NCBI GenBank assembly: GCA_965224025.1
Contig: OZ245033.1
Span: 4,704,001-4,768,000, forward strand
From: Candidatus Multivorans sp.
Lineage (GTDB): Bacteria > Acidobacteriota > Thermoanaerobaculia > Multivoradales > Multivoraceae
Reading direction: 5' to 3'
Length of the DNA stretch: 64,000 nucleotides
Under the pieces are notes generated by a model. That model was not told the origin of the DNA, searched no databases, and saw only the letters and a list, made by a program, of their open reading frames with translations. Made by a program: the position numbers and the translations under genes. Positions 11,165 to 22,212 of the stretch are shown here, piece after piece; the stretch's first letter is position 1, and each line of letters begins with the position of its first letter.

Positions 11165-11290
11165 TCCGCGCGGTTCTCCCCCGAAAGTAGCGTCGCGATG
11201 AAAGGTAAGCGTCCCTTGGGCCCCGAATCTCGCCTCACGCCCGGTGTGTCGGAGCGTTGCTGAATCGTCGCCATGGTCTTTGTTCCTTAG

Positions 11291-11897
11291 TCACCCGCCA
11301 CTTGGACCTCCGGTACGCAGTGTATCGAGCAGGACTCGAGCGAATGGTGCAACGGACTCCACCACCGCGGGATCGATCTCGCCTAGAATGGCGAAGCTGT
11401 GTGACGCCTTGTGATAGCCACCCTTCGTGGACTCCCTCGTGGCCCCTTTTGAGCCCGCGCAGAACGTCTTCCTTACGGATCTTTTCGACGCTAGGGTTCT
11501 GAGGAAGCGCGGCCTCCCGAAAGTCGGCCCCGTAGAACGCCGCCAAAGCCGACCTGTCGGCTAAGAACCATGATTCCATGAGTTGGACCATCAGATGGCA
11601 ATGGCCGCCGCTCGCACCATCGGGCCGACTCCATCCGTCCCGGTCGAAGAGGTGTTTCCACGGATCTGAAGTGCTCACCGGACCTTCTGCATCAACGAGA
11701 AGCATCGGGGCTACCCCGCCATCCTCACATGCCGTCTTGAAGCTCTCGTAGGCATTTTCCCGCCCGCCACATGCCACAATGCGAGGCATCCGGCCCTCGA
11801 GACCGGCACGCTCAATGAATTTCCTGAATCCTCTTCGACATCGATTCTTGAGGTCTTTAGAATCCCCTCCGCCCTCTACGTAGAGCTTGATGCTCAC
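11291..11897 (-). CDS. DUF4276 family (TOPRIM-like) protein, frameshifted at a homopolymer near 11445
   Basis: LYVEGGG, LLVDAE and MESWFLAD motifs; alternate frame gives GYHKASHSFAILGEIDP; GTGA overlap with the ATPase. Confidence 0.8.
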
Positions 11898-13117
11898 CAA
11901 CGGGTCCCTCCGATCTCGCCTCGGGTCCACAGCTCCCCGAGCCGGTACTTCTGAAGCCACGGCCTCAGTTTCTCGGAGTCGAGGCGCTCCAACTGCGTGC
12001 AACCACTGAGCTTCTCACAGACGACAACTACCTCGGGGCTTTCGGTGAGCGCATCAACCAGTACATCCGAGTGGGTGGTCACGACAAGCTGTGTGCGCGC
12101 GCTCGCCTCCAGCAAGAGGTCCGCCAAGTGTCCGTGAACGTCCTGGTGCAGGCCCAGTTCTGGCTCCTCAATGGCGATGAGTGGCGGCGGCTGCGGATCG
12201 ACCAAGATTGCAATGAGACAAAGGAAACGGAGCGTCCCGTCGGACACTCGACGTGCCGGAACAGACGAGTCGCCCTCTGTAAGGTAGAGGGCCAGTGTCC
12301 CCCCTTCTGGAACAACCTCGAAATCGGTAAAGCCCGGTGCCAGTTCACCGATCAACTCAAGTAGGCGGCGCTTAACCAAGGGGTTGCCCTTGAGTACGGC
12401 AAGTCGGGCTGGCAGGTTGTCAAGTCTCTCTGAAAGATGATCGGCGCGGACGTCCGCTGCGCAAGCCCCCCTAACGGTCGCGTCTGGACCGAACTGCCAG
12501 AATCGATAAATCCGAATTTGGCCAAACGCATCCGTGACTTTGCTCAGCTCTGGATAGGCATCGGGATCCCTTCGTTGGGACAAAATGGACTGAGTCATGT
12601 CCAAATCTTCCCTCCGGAGTTCTCTCTGTGTTCCGTCTTGGACATTCAGCATAGGACGCCCATTTTCGTAACCAAAATAGAAATATGGCTTATCCTTGTC
12701 GAGAGGTTTGTCTGCGTGCTCCAACCGTTCGTCCAGCACTACGAACGAATCACCAGCGGCACCGAAGTCCAAGCGGTACCGGACAGCCGGCTGAGTGTGA
12801 TGTTGAGCTATGACACCCTCCGTGAACACAACCTCGACCCGAGCAAACTGTGCTGCATGGATATTTCCTTGTGTTCGAGGAGCATCGGGCGTCCAGAGCC
12901 AATCCTGTACGCGTCCTCCCTGTCGTATCGGCAGTGGTAGATCTCGAGGTGCGGCGCGCAGGATGGACACGGCTTCAATGAGATTGGACTTCCCGGTTCC
13001 ATTTGGGCCGATGAGGACATTCAACGGTTTCAGTCGAAAATCCTCAGTGCCATAGCCAAAGGAGAGAAAACCCTCAAGAGTGATGGCCTTCAGAAGGGGA
13101 TGCGGTGGTTCAGCCAT
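11894..13117 (-). CDS. ABC-type (AAA_21-like) ATPase
   Basis: GPNGTGKS Walker A, SDGT signature, IEEPELGLH Walker B, TTHS H-loop; lower GC than flanks. Confidence 0.9.
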   Translation of the reverse strand: MAEPPHPLLKAITLEGFLSFGYGTEDFRLKPLNVLIGPNGTGKSNLIEAVSILRAAPRDLPLPIRQGGRVQDWLWTPDAPRTQGNIHAAQFARVEVVFTEGVIAQHHTQPAVRYRLDFGAAGDSFVVLDERLEHADKPLDKDKPYFYFGYENGRPMLNVQDGTQRELRREDLDMTQSILSQRRDPDAYPELSKVTDAFGQIRIYRFWQFGPDATVRGACAADVRADHLSERLDNLPARLAVLKGNPLVKRRLLELIGELAPGFTDFEVVPEGGTLALYLTEGDSSVPARRVSDGTLRFLCLIAILVDPQPPPLIAIEEPELGLHQDVHGHLADLLLEASARTQLVVTTHSDVLVDALTESPEVVVVCEKLSGCTQLERLDSEKLRPWLQKYRLGELWTRGEIGGTRW

Positions 13118-13569
13118 TTGTGCCTTCAGTTGGTTTGTGGTTGACGGACGCGGTGTGCCCTTGGCTAGGGGCTGCGGCTAACTCGCCGATGCCCCGACGG
13201 CCCCAGATTTGATGTCGCGTCCATGACTCGCCCAGCGGTATCGCGAAGCGGGTTTCTTGGCCTTGGTATCTGGCAGGGACGTGAGTTTCTTCGCCATCCT
13301 CCCGGTAGTGCAGATAGCGCGCAACTGAGTCTAGTGTCTCGATACGAGGCATGTTCTGAAGAGAGGGCGTGAAAGCCCATCCGGGTGTCCCGCCGAGTTC
13401 GCGATTGCGGAAGCACCACCCCTCCAGGTCGCGCACGACTATGTCGATCCGGCCGATCGTATCGCAGGGGCGCTGCTCAAGACCCGGCAGATCCGGGCGA
13501 CGCAACGCCAATCTCCGTACCCCCAGCGGCCGCTCTCCGCGGGCCCCCAGCGAGCAACGCGTCGTCGGT

Positions 13570-16500
13570 TCAACGACTGACGCGGTTCGCTGTGTCACCA
13601 GCCGCGAGGGCGTTGATGTAAGTCAGGACCAGATCGCGGGTCCGATACGAGCCCCACCGCGACTCGTCCTGCCGGCGGGCGATGGGGAAAGTCCCAAGGA
13701 CGTAGTCCGCGTCTTCCCAGGACAACCCGTACAGCAGGAAGTACAAGGCATCCAGCCTGGCCCGCAAGTGTCGGCGGTCCTCGTCGTCCCACGCAAACGG
13801 CGGTCCGTCGTAGCCGAGGTCGTTCGCAAACGGTCCCATGTCGCGAGCCGTGTACGTCAGACGCAGAGCGTGGTCGAGGACGAGGTCGCGCGCGGTCTTG
13901 TTCCCGAACCGGCGCTCGTAGTCCTCGCCTGCAAGCACCGGCAACTGCTCGACGATGAACCAGTTCAGGTGCTGGCCCTGGACCTTCTGCCTGGCCACGA
14001 AGTCGAACACGAAGGAGTTGAAGTTGGCGGCAAGCAGCGACAATGCCTCGGCGGCCGCCGCAGCTGAGCGGGCACCATCGGGCATCAGCAGGGGAAGCGT
14101 GTTGCCGACGGCGGAGCGAGGCACAAGAGTCGCGATCATGGTACGCACGTTCGTCGGCGCCGTGACGTCCTTGAAGGCAAGTGCCCAGTCGAGACCCTCA
14201 GGCCATTCCACGTCGCCAGCCGCAACCCAGAACTGCGGATCAGGCGACCAGGCTGGGTCAGCATGGTCCGCCAAGGTGGTTACTCGCGGCTGCGCCGGCC
14301 GGTTCAGGTTCTCGGGGTTGACCACGATGCTCGCCGCCCGGTGGTCGAAGGCCTGCACCATCTTCCCCTCGTGGAGAGGCAGCCACTCTTCCTCGCCCCG
14401 CTTCCACCGATTGCCCGCCACCGGATAGCAGCCCGCCGCCTCAAGCTCCGTAGCGGTCCTGAACAGGTGGGAGTCGTTCGTCATGTGGAACATCGTCTTG
14501 TAGCGAACAGGCCAAGCCCGACGTTCCACGCCGCCCGACCGATCGACCAACACCCTATGCCGCTCGTAGATGCCCCTTGTGATCTCGGCATCCCGGCGGG
14601 TCCGGAACACGGGCGCCGTACCGGTGTTCGGATTGACCCGAGAGAAGTCGGCCGGGGTCAACGGGAAGCAGCGTTGCGCGTCGCTCGGATCCTCAACGCT
14701 GTCGAGGAAGAAGCCGCAACGAGTCTCCGCGAACGACCGTTCATCACCGCCAAGAACCAGAGCGCAGAACTTGAACCGCGTATCGACATCCGGGAAGAAC
14801 GGCGGCAGTCCGGTACCCAGACGCCGATTCTCGAAGTCGAACAAGCCCGCCACCCGGCCGCGGGTGGACACCGACTGGAAGAACGGCGCCGCCGTCTTGT
14901 CGGCGTAGATGCCTGAAGGCACGAGCAGCCCCATCAGGCCGCCCGGCCTGAGCACGTTCAGCGCCCGCTCGACGAACAGCGAGTACAGGTTGATGTCGCC
15001 CCTCCCGAGCAACGGATAGTCGCCTGAGGTCCGGAACAGCGTCAGGAGGCTGTCGGCGCGTTGCTTCGCCTCGTCGAACGCGGCGGCCAACGATTCGCCC
15101 CGGTCTCTGAGTTTCTTGATGCCAATACGGCGCTGGGCCGCCGTGGGAGCGCGGGCCAACTCCGGATCACGAGTCGCGAACCACTCCACTTCCTGCAGCT
15201 TGATCCGGTCCCAGGGCGGATTGCCGATCACCGCGTCGAACCCGCCCTCCGGGCTGCGCCGCTGCCAGTGTCGCCACACGCCCGGGAAAGCCACCTCCCA
15301 ATGCAGGAAGGTCTCCCGTTCGGCCAGGGCGCGGGCATCCCGCCATAGCTCGCCAAACCTCGAAAGGCCAGCGTCGTCCGAACTGGCCGATGTCGTATCG
15401 ATCGCTCCCGGACCCTCCGCGAGGAGTGAATACGCCTCGCCTGGGAAGGCGCCGATCACCTCAAGGAGTCCGCGGGTCTCAAACTCGTTGCGCTGCTTCT
15501 TCTTCAAGCCCGCGGTCAGCCAGCGCAGGCTGCACAGGAAGTCGAGCACGCGGCGCAGCTCGGAGGTCGCCTGGTCGACACCCTCGAAGAGCCTGGCCGA
15601 CTCTCGCGCCTCCGCTACGTCCGCGTCGGACATCTCCTCGATCAGTTCCATCCCGGCGACCGCGTTCTCGGCTCCCTGGATGGCGCTGGAAGCGATCAGC
15701 CCACCGAGGCGGCGAAGCTCATCCGTTCCATCGCCGACCCTGAGCCCGACAAGAGAATCGCCGCAACGCAGGTGATGGTCCAGGAACGACAGCGGCGCGC
15801 CGACGGTGAAGCTGTGCAGCCACAGCGACACCTTCGCCAGTTCCACCGTCAGGCGGTTCTTGTCCACGCCGTAGATGCAGCGCTTGAGCACCATTCGCCG
15901 GATGATTGCCTGGTCGGTGAGCCGCACCTCGTCGATCACCCAGTCCGATTCCGCGGCGCGCTGCAGGATGCCCTCGCGGATACGAGCGATCCGACCCACG
16001 AGCGGCGACTCGTAGGCCTCGCCAAGCCAGTCCGGCACCGCCGGCACGTACTCGATGAGCTCCGACACGTAGTCGGAAAGGAAGTCCACGGCGGTGACCA
16101 GGAAGTGGCCGCTGCCCATGGCGGGATCGAGCACCTTGAGATCCAGCACGGCTTCCGCCGGGTCGATCTGAAGCAACTCCGCCACACGGTCGGCCTTGGG
16201 CCTCCGTTCGCTCTTGAGGTCCACGGACTTGGCCTCGAACGCCCGCAAACGCTCCTCGGCCAGCGGCTTCAACGTCTGCTCGACGATCAGGTCGACCAGC
16301 TCCTGGCTGGTGTAGAAGCTGCCGCTGTCTTTCCGGGCGAAGCGGTTGAGCTGGATCGAGACGTTGCCTTCGGAATCGCGAGCCGGCTCGCGCTCCAGCA
16401 GTCGCTCGTAGATCGAGCCGAGCTGCTGGACCGTCATGTCGCGATAGTTGACGAACCTCGCTCGGCCGGCGTCGCCCTGCGCGACATGGCTGAGTCCGAA

Positions 16501-17640
16501 GACGACCGGGGCCATTTCGCTGTCCGCCAAACGGACTCTCTTGAGCAACGGCGCCGCCTCCTCCGCGAAGAGGCCGCCGTTGTAGGGCGGCAACCCGATC
16601 GACGGATCGCCGCCATCGATCTGCCGGAACAGCTCCATGAGGCGGTTGTAGTAGTTGCTCGCCGTGCTCGAGAACGTGTCTCGCTCGCGCCACCTCGTCG
16701 CAATGTCGTCGCGGACCCGCGCGCGCAGGCCGTAGTCGTCGTATCGCGAGTCGTTCACGGGCAGCAGGCCGCGGTCCTCGGCGTAGAGCACGAACAGCAG
16801 GCGATACAGGAAGATCAGGCCGGCATTCCGGATCTCCTGCAGGTCGGCTTCCGGCGCCTGAGCGGCCAGGGCGTTCAGCAGCCGCGGGAACACATCGCCG
16901 AACACGACCTGGGAAAGGTCCTTGGCCGCACTCTCCTCGTACCGCTTCCCCTCGGCGATCGCCAGGTCGACGAAGCTCGCTCTGGCACCCGCCCGCCGAC
17001 CGAACGCATCCTGCCCAAAGAGCAGGAGGAAGCTCCTCAGGGCGTCTTCGTCCCCACTCTCGAGGACCGCGCCCAGGTCCACCTCGAAGTAGCCGCTCGC
17101 ACGCGGGCGAGCCTCGTGGTCGTAGAGCCTCCAGACGCGGCCGTTCGTCAGAAGGCCCCTGCTGATGCGTCCATCCGAGACGCTGTAGGCGGTAGCCAGA
17201 TACCGGAGGATCTGGCCGTGCGGCGTGCCGAGCACGAAGCGGTCCGAGCGATCCCGCGCATCCAGGGGCAAGCCGAACCGCTTGCTCTCCTGGACGACAA
17301 GGGCATCCACATAGCGGTCGTCCGGGGCGGTCCGCTCGGCAGCGCGCCCTTTCGACTCGGAGTCCTCGAACAGCAGGTGGTCCGGGACATCCTCGCCACG
17401 CGCCGCTTCCTGCTGCGGCAGGTAGTCCGTCCATCCAAGCAACCGAAGAAGCGGCCTGATCAGCTCCTCCTCGGTCACCGCCTCGTTGGGCGCACTGAAG
17501 CGACTGATGCTGGCGAAGCGCTCAGCCACGCTGGCCCGGAATCCCGTGAGCGCCTCCGGTGTCCGGAGGGACTCCCGCCACTCGGGGGTCTCCTGAATGC
17601 CCTCGGTGAGGAAGTAGTGGGTGAAGAGTTGGCCCGTCAA
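13570..17640 (-). CDS. Type IIG restriction-modification enzyme (Eco57I-like nuclease + N6-MTase + specificity region)
   Basis: N-terminal PD...ESK, DPAMGSGHF (motif I), GNPPW (motif IV); probable TTG start at 17640. Confidence 0.9.
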   Translation of the reverse strand: MTGQLFTHYFLTEGIQETPEWRESLRTPEALTGFRASVAERFASISRFSAPNEAVTEEELIRPLLRLLGWTDYLPQQEAARGEDVPDHLLFEDSESKGRAAERTAPDDRYVDALVVQESKRFGLPLDARDRSDRFVLGTPHGQILRYLATAYSVSDGRISRGLLTNGRVWRLYDHEARPRASGYFEVDLGAVLESGDEDALRSFLLLFGQDAFGRRAGARASFVDLAIAEGKRYEESAAKDLSQVVFGDVFPRLLNALAAQAPEADLQEIRNAGLIFLYRLLFVLYAEDRGLLPVNDSRYDDYGLRARVRDDIATRWRERDTFSSTASNYYNRLMELFRQIDGGDPSIGLPPYNGGLFAEEAAPLLKRVRLADSEMAPVVFGLSHVAQGDAGRARFVNYRDMTVQQLGSIYERLLEREPARDSEGNVSIQLNRFARKDSGSFYTSQELVDLIVEQTLKPLAEERLRAFEAKSVDLKSERRPKADRVAELLQIDPAEAVLDLKVLDPAMGSGHFLVTAVDFLSDYVSELIEYVPAVPDWLGEAYESPLVGRIARIREGILQRAAESDWVIDEVRLTDQAIIRRMVLKRCIYGVDKNRLTVELAKVSLWLHSFTVGAPLSFLDHHLRCGDSLVGLRVGDGTDELRRLGGLIASSAIQGAENAVAGMELIEEMSDADVAEARESARLFEGVDQATSELRRVLDFLCSLRWLTAGLKKKQRNEFETRGLLEVIGAFPGEAYSLLAEGPGAIDTTSASSDDAGLSRFGELWRDARALAERETFLHWEVAFPGVWRHWQRRSPEGGFDAVIGNPPWDRIKLQEVEWFATRDPELARAPTAAQRRIGIKKLRDRGESLAAAFDEAKQRADSLLTLFRTSGDYPLLGRGDINLYSLFVERALNVLRPGGLMGLLVPSGIYADKTAAPFFQSVSTRGRVAGLFDFENRRLGTGLPPFFPDVDTRFKFCALVLGGDERSFAETRCGFFLDSVEDPSDAQRCFPLTPADFSRVNPNTGTAPVFRTRRDAEITRGIYERHRVLVDRSGGVERRAWPVRYKTMFHMTNDSHLFRTATELEAAGCYPVAGNRWKRGEEEWLPLHEGKMVQAFDHRAASIVVNPENLNRPAQPRVTTLADHADPAWSPDPQFWVAAGDVEWPEGLDWALAFKDVTAPTNVRTMIATLVPRSAVGNTLPLLMPDGARSAAAAAEALSLLAANFNSFVFDFVARQKVQGQHLNWFIVEQLPVLAGEDYERRFGNKTARDLVLDHALRLTYTARDMGPFANDLGYDGPPFAWDDEDRRHLRARLDALYFLLYGLSWEDADYVLGTFPIARRQDESRWGSYRTRDLVLTYINALAAGDTANRVSR

Positions 17641-17991
17641 CGGCTTCTCACTGGAACATCGGGGTGGACAACCGTGTCGTCGTCGCGCTTGCAGCCATGA
17701 AGGTTGGAGTCTAGGCCCTTGCACGCTGGAAGCAAGTCCGACGCATGGATCGGGCTCGTTGCCGACCCACTCTCTTCCGACTTCTTCCGCATGGTGACGC
17801 CACGGTCTCAGCGCCCTGGTCGGCCGTATCAAGGACGACGCTCACACACGTCCATTGCCTTGGATTTCCTTGGGTTCATCGATTCCTTTGTGATAGCTTT
17901 GTCATCTTCTCGGGAGGCCCCGAAGGGCCGGTTCGGCAGCCTCCGAAACGCGCCAATCTCACCGTCAGGTCCCAGCACGGATGGCAACAGA

Positions 17992-19491
17992 ATGATTGAC
18001 AAAGAAACCGGCATGAGCACCAAGGAGCGCATGGGCGAGGAGATCGCCACGCTCGCAGCGCGCATCGACGCGGCCACCTACGAGCTGCTCGTCCTGATCC
18101 GCAAGTTCGATGAGGAGGAAGGCTGGAACTGCGGCTTCCTCAGTTGCGTGCACTGGCTGACCTGGCGCATCGGCCTGGCGCCCAACGCGGCTCGGGAGCG
18201 CGTGCGGGTCGCCCGGGCACTCGGCGAACTACCGCTGATGAGCAGGGCGATGAAGCGGGGCGAGCTCTCGTACTCGAAAGTGAGGGCGTTGACCCGCGTC
18301 GCGCGGCCAGACACGGAGGAGGAACTGGTCGAACTGGCAAGGGCGGCAACGGCGGCACAGATCGAACGGGTCGTCAGGGCGTGGCGCAGGATCGACCGTT
18401 CAGTCGAAGCCGCGGAGGACGAACTGCGCGACGCGTCGAGCCATGTAGCGACCCACATCGACGAGAACGGCATGTTCGTGATTCGCGGGCGTCTGGCGCC
18501 GGAAGCAGGCGAGGTGCTCATGAAGGCGCTCAACGCGGCAGGCGAAAAGCTCTATGCCGAGCAGCGGGAGGATCGCCCGTCTGCTGGCAAGGTTCGCGCG
18601 GACGCTCTTGCTCTCGTTGCCGAAAGCGCGCTCAAGGGCGGTCTCGATCCGGGGTCGAGCGGCGACCGCTACCAGGTCGTAGTTCATGTGAGCGAGGAAG
18701 AGCTGAGCGTTCCTGAGAAGGCGCCCGCCGTTGGGTGCACGCCCTGTGTTTCCGCGGAAACGCCCGCGGCACGCGTTTCCGCGGAAACGCCGTCGACGCA
18801 CGCGCAGGAACATGCTGCCGCGATGGCTGAAGCCGAACACGTTTCCGCGGAAGCGCCTGCCGGTTTCCAACCGGCGAACGGCCGGTCTTCGCCCCACGGC
18901 GCTTGGCTCGGCAACTCCCACATCCCTGTTTCCGCGGAAACAGCCCGGCGCATTGCCTGCGACGCCGGCAAAGTCCGGATCACTCACCGATCGGGCCAGA
19001 TCCTGAGCGTCGGCCGCAAGAGGCGCACCATTCCACCCCCGATCCGGCGTGCCCTCGAGTTCCGCGACCAGGGTTGCCGCTTCCCCGGCTGCAGATCGCA
19101 GCATTGCGACGCTCACCACATCGTCCACTGGGCCGACGGCGGCGAAACGAAGCTCTCCAACCTCGTACTTCTTTGTCGCCGGCACCACCGCCTGCTTCAC
19201 GAAGGGGGCTTCAGCGTGAAGATGAACGACGAACGCGCCGTCCACTTCCTCGACAAACGTGGTCGACCACTGGAGCACAGCCCGGCACCGCCACCTGTTG
19301 GCTCGTACCCCGCCCGCGAGCTGATCCGCAGCCTGGAGGACGCCGGCATCCTGATCACCGGAAAGGAGTCCATGCCCGCTTGGGACGGCACACCGATGGA
19401 CCTGCCTTACGTGATGGAGTGCTTGTGGCGGCCGCCACCCCACCTCGAAGCAGCGGTCGCCCGGGAACGAAACACATCGCACGCGGCGTAG
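17992..19491 (+). CDS. DUF222 + HNH endonuclease protein
   Basis: WLTWRIG...ARERVRVARAL, ARRIACDA, RDQGCRFPGC, DAHHIVHWADGGET..NLVLLCRRHH. Confidence 0.9.
   Translation: MIDKETGMSTKERMGEEIATLAARIDAATYELLVLIRKFDEEEGWNCGFLSCVHWLTWRIGLAPNAARERVRVARALGELPLMSRAMKRGELSYSKVRALTRVARPDTEEELVELARAATAAQIERVVRAWRRIDRSVEAAEDELRDASSHVATHIDENGMFVIRGRLAPEAGEVLMKALNAAGEKLYAEQREDRPSAGKVRADALALVAESALKGGLDPGSSGDRYQVVVHVSEEELSVPEKAPAVGCTPCVSAETPAARVSAETPSTHAQEHAAAMAEAEHVSAEAPAGFQPANGRSSPHGAWLGNSHIPVSAETARRIACDAGKVRITHRSGQILSVGRKRRTIPPPIRRALEFRDQGCRFPGCRSQHCDAHHIVHWADGGETKLSNLVLLCRRHHRLLHEGGFSVKMNDERAVHFLDKRGRPLEHSPAPPPVGSYPARELIRSLEDAGILITGKESMPAWDGTPMDLPYVMECLWRPPPHLEAAVARERNTSHAA
18748..18941. repeat. Four copies of the 14-bp palindrome GTTTCCGCGGAAAC (VSAET) inside the HNH gene
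   Basis: Copies at 18748, 18775, 18841 (1 mismatch) and 18928, all in frame. Confidence 0.85.
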
Positions 19492-19611
19492 GGGCCGGCA
19501 GCTCGAAACGGAGGCCACCGACCGACCCAGGAGGCGGCCCGATAGCAGCACCAAGATGACCGGGACAGCCCTCGGCTCGCTCCGCCAGCGCGATAGCGTG
19601 GCAGGCGCGAC

Positions 19612-20539
19612 ATGGACGAGACGGCGGCGCCCGCTCAGGAGCGGTGGAAGCGATGGGGAGTTCGGGTTCTCCGGTTCCCGCTGACCCGGATCGTCCTCTT
19701 TGGCGTCGGTATCGCCGCGGCCGTCGCGCTACAGGGTCTGGCGGCCGCCGGGCTCAGCCTGTGGTTGGAAATCTCCTGGCTGCGCGTCGCGGTCGGAGTG
19801 GTCTTTCCCATCCTCGCCGTTCACTTCGCCTACCGTGGAATGACCCGTCTCCTGGAGCGACGGACTGCCGCGGAACTCTCCCTGAGCGGGGCACTGCGTG
19901 AAACCAGCGCGGGAGCTCTTATCGGCGCCGCCTGCTTGACGTCGGTCGTGGCGCTCATCGCGGCGCTTGGCTTCTACCAGGTGCAAGGAGTCGGCGCCTG
20001 GACCGCCCTGCTGACCGCGTTCGCCATCGCCGCCGTGTCCGGCTATGTCGAGGAGGTGATCTTCCGGGGTGTGGTGTTCCGGATTCTCGAAGAGGGGCTC
20101 GGGAACATGGTTGGCCCTCACCATCTCGGCAGCGCTGTTTGGTCTTGTACACCTGAGCAATCCGAACGCGACCCTCTACGGCGCCGCGGCGATCGGTATC
20201 GAAGCGGGCGTGCTGCTCGGCGCCGCCTACGTCCTGACCCGGCGACTCTGGCTCGCGATCGGCATCCACTTCGCATGGAACTTCATGCAGGCGGGCGTGT
20301 TCGGCCCGAATCTCTCCGGCATCCAGGTACAGAGCGTTCTCCAATCCCGGCTGAGCGGACCCGACTTCCTCTCCGGCGGCGCTCTCGGCGTAGAGGGTTC
20401 CGTGTTCGCCATTGCCGTGTGCCTGCTGGTGAGCGTCGTCTTCCTGAGGCGGGCACGGCGTCAGGGCCGATTCATCCGACCCTTCTGGCGGCGAGAAGCG
20501 ACCCTGCCGCCGCCAATCGGCGAACCCACCGACAGTTAG
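19612..20539 (+). CDS. CPBP (Abi/CAAX) intramembrane metalloprotease, frameshifted near 20105
   Basis: EEVIFRG in the first frame; FGLVH and IGIHFAWN in the second. Confidence 0.85.
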
Positions 20540-20548
20540 AGTCTCGAA

Positions 20549-21775
20549 GTGCACCAGTCGGTGACAAGGACTGGATTGGGCGCCATCTACCGGTTCCATC
20601 TCTCTTCCGGCGCGCGGGTCGCCCTCGGCCTGGCGATGTTCCAGTTGGTGCTTCTGCTGGTTCTGCTGGCGTTGCAACCACCGGCGACGCGGGAGCTTCT
20701 GCTCAAGGGTCTTGCGGCCGGCGTCGCAACGCCCGAAGCGTTCTCCGCGTCCAGACTCGGATTCGCGGTCTGGGCGATCGTTGCTTCCGCCGCGGCGGCA
20801 CGGCGTCTGGCGCCGGCCCACCGGGGCTGGCAGCTTCACCTGCCCGTCGGCTGGCGAACGCGCTGGGCCGCCGGTTCTGGGCCTCGCGACGACCCTCGCC
20901 CACCTTGCCGGTTTGTGGATCCTTCTCTGGATTGGCGCCAGAGGGCTCGGTGAGCCGAGTTCGGTCCGCCCTCTGCTTGCTCTTCCATTGGTAGCCCTGG
21001 CCGCCGCGAGCGTATGGACGCCAGCACCAGGACGGGCGCGCGCTTGCGGTGCACTGGCGGTGCCGCTGGCGGCGAGCGCCTCCCCGCCAGGCCTCGTGGC
21101 GGCCATGACGCTTCTCGCACTGGCCTGTTTCCAGGCCGGACACTGGTCACCTCCCTCCACGCGAGTTCCGTCCCCTCCAATCTCCCTTCGCGGGCTCGGC
21201 CGGCGCATGCCCACCGGTCAACTCGTCCTCTCCTTGCGGGCCCTTGGGATATGGGTCGCGCTCCTTCACCTGCCGGCGGCCCTCTTCGCGGTTCCGACCT
21301 GTGGCGGCGGAAAGTCGCGGCCCGCTCCGACCTGGCGTTCGTTCCCCAGGAACCCGATGTCACCCCGTTCGCGACCATTCGCGAGGTCCTCCGCCCCGTC
21401 TGCCGTCTGAGATCGGAGCCCGCGGAGCGCGTCGAGGAAGTCCTGGCCGAAACGAATCTCGAGGCTGAAGCCGACCTCTCCGTGCGCGAGCTGTCCCGAG
21501 GCCAATGCCGTCGAGTTCTCTTGGCCGCCGCCTGGGTCGGAACGCCGCGCACAGTGGTCCTGGATGAACCGCTCGACGCGATGGACGAACACTGGAGAAA
21601 CCGCATCCACGAGTGGCTTGCCGCGCTCCGAGAGACCGGTGGCCTGGCGCTCGTCGCAACCCACGAAGCCGAGTCGCTGGCAGAACTCGCCGACCGCTTT
21701 CTCGTTCTGCGCGACGGCGAGATCCGGGAACTCGATTCGCTGCCCGGAACGGGTACAATCTGGAGGACACCATGA
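20549..21775 (+). pseudogene. Degraded membrane protein + ABC ATP-binding fragment
   Basis: Hydrophobic fragments in shifting frames, then AFVPQE...LSRGQCRR...VVLDEP...ATHE with no Walker A. Confidence 0.55.
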
Positions 21776-22203
21776 AGAATCCACCTGAAGGCTGGCCGAG
21801 AATCTCGTCCGCCCTCTTCTACGATGACGCGACGGCCGCGATCGACTGGCTGACCCGCGCGTTCGGATTCGCGGTGCAGGAGCGGGTCGAGGACGAGCAG
21901 GGGAGAATCGTCCATTCGCAGCTCGTCCTGGACGGCGGTCTCATCATAGTCGGACAGACGGGTCTGCAACCCGACCGGGCGTACCAGCAATCTCCACAGG
22001 CGGTCGGCGGCGCGAACACACAGTCGCTGGCCGTGTACGTCGACGACGCCGACGCGCACTGCGAGCGGGCGCGGGCGGCCGGCGCCGCGATCACGATCGA
22101 GCCGGCGACCCAGGACTACGGCGAGGGCTACTGGGTCGACCGGAGCTACGGCGCCCGGGACCCTGAGGGACACCATTGGTGGTTCCTCCAGCGCCTGCGC
22201 TGA
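21772..22203 (+). CDS. VOC/glyoxalase family protein
   Basis: LFYDDATAAIDWLTRAFGF, VYVDDADAHCERARAAGA, RDPEGHHW; GGAGG RBS. Confidence 0.9.
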   Translation: MKNPPEGWPRISSALFYDDATAAIDWLTRAFGFAVQERVEDEQGRIVHSQLVLDGGLIIVGQTGLQPDRAYQQSPQAVGGANTQSLAVYVDDADAHCERARAAGAAITIEPATQDYGEGYWVDRSYGARDPEGHHWWFLQRLR

Positions 22204-22212
22204 CGCCACCCC

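Noticed and set aside
13110-13598. 162-aa ORF between the R-M gene and the ATPase as a third system component
   Set aside because: No recognisable motif; cannot be supported without a search.
18748-18941. Palindromic repeats as a mini CRISPR array
   Set aside because: Repeats are only 14 bp, spacers are very unequal, the array is in frame within a gene, and no cas genes are present.
2018-20539. Frameshifts in the enoyl-CoA hydratase, DUF4276 and CPBP genes as programmed frameshifting or phase variation
   Set aside because: Isolated small indels in short homopolymer or GC runs of unrelated genes are better explained by long-read consensus error.
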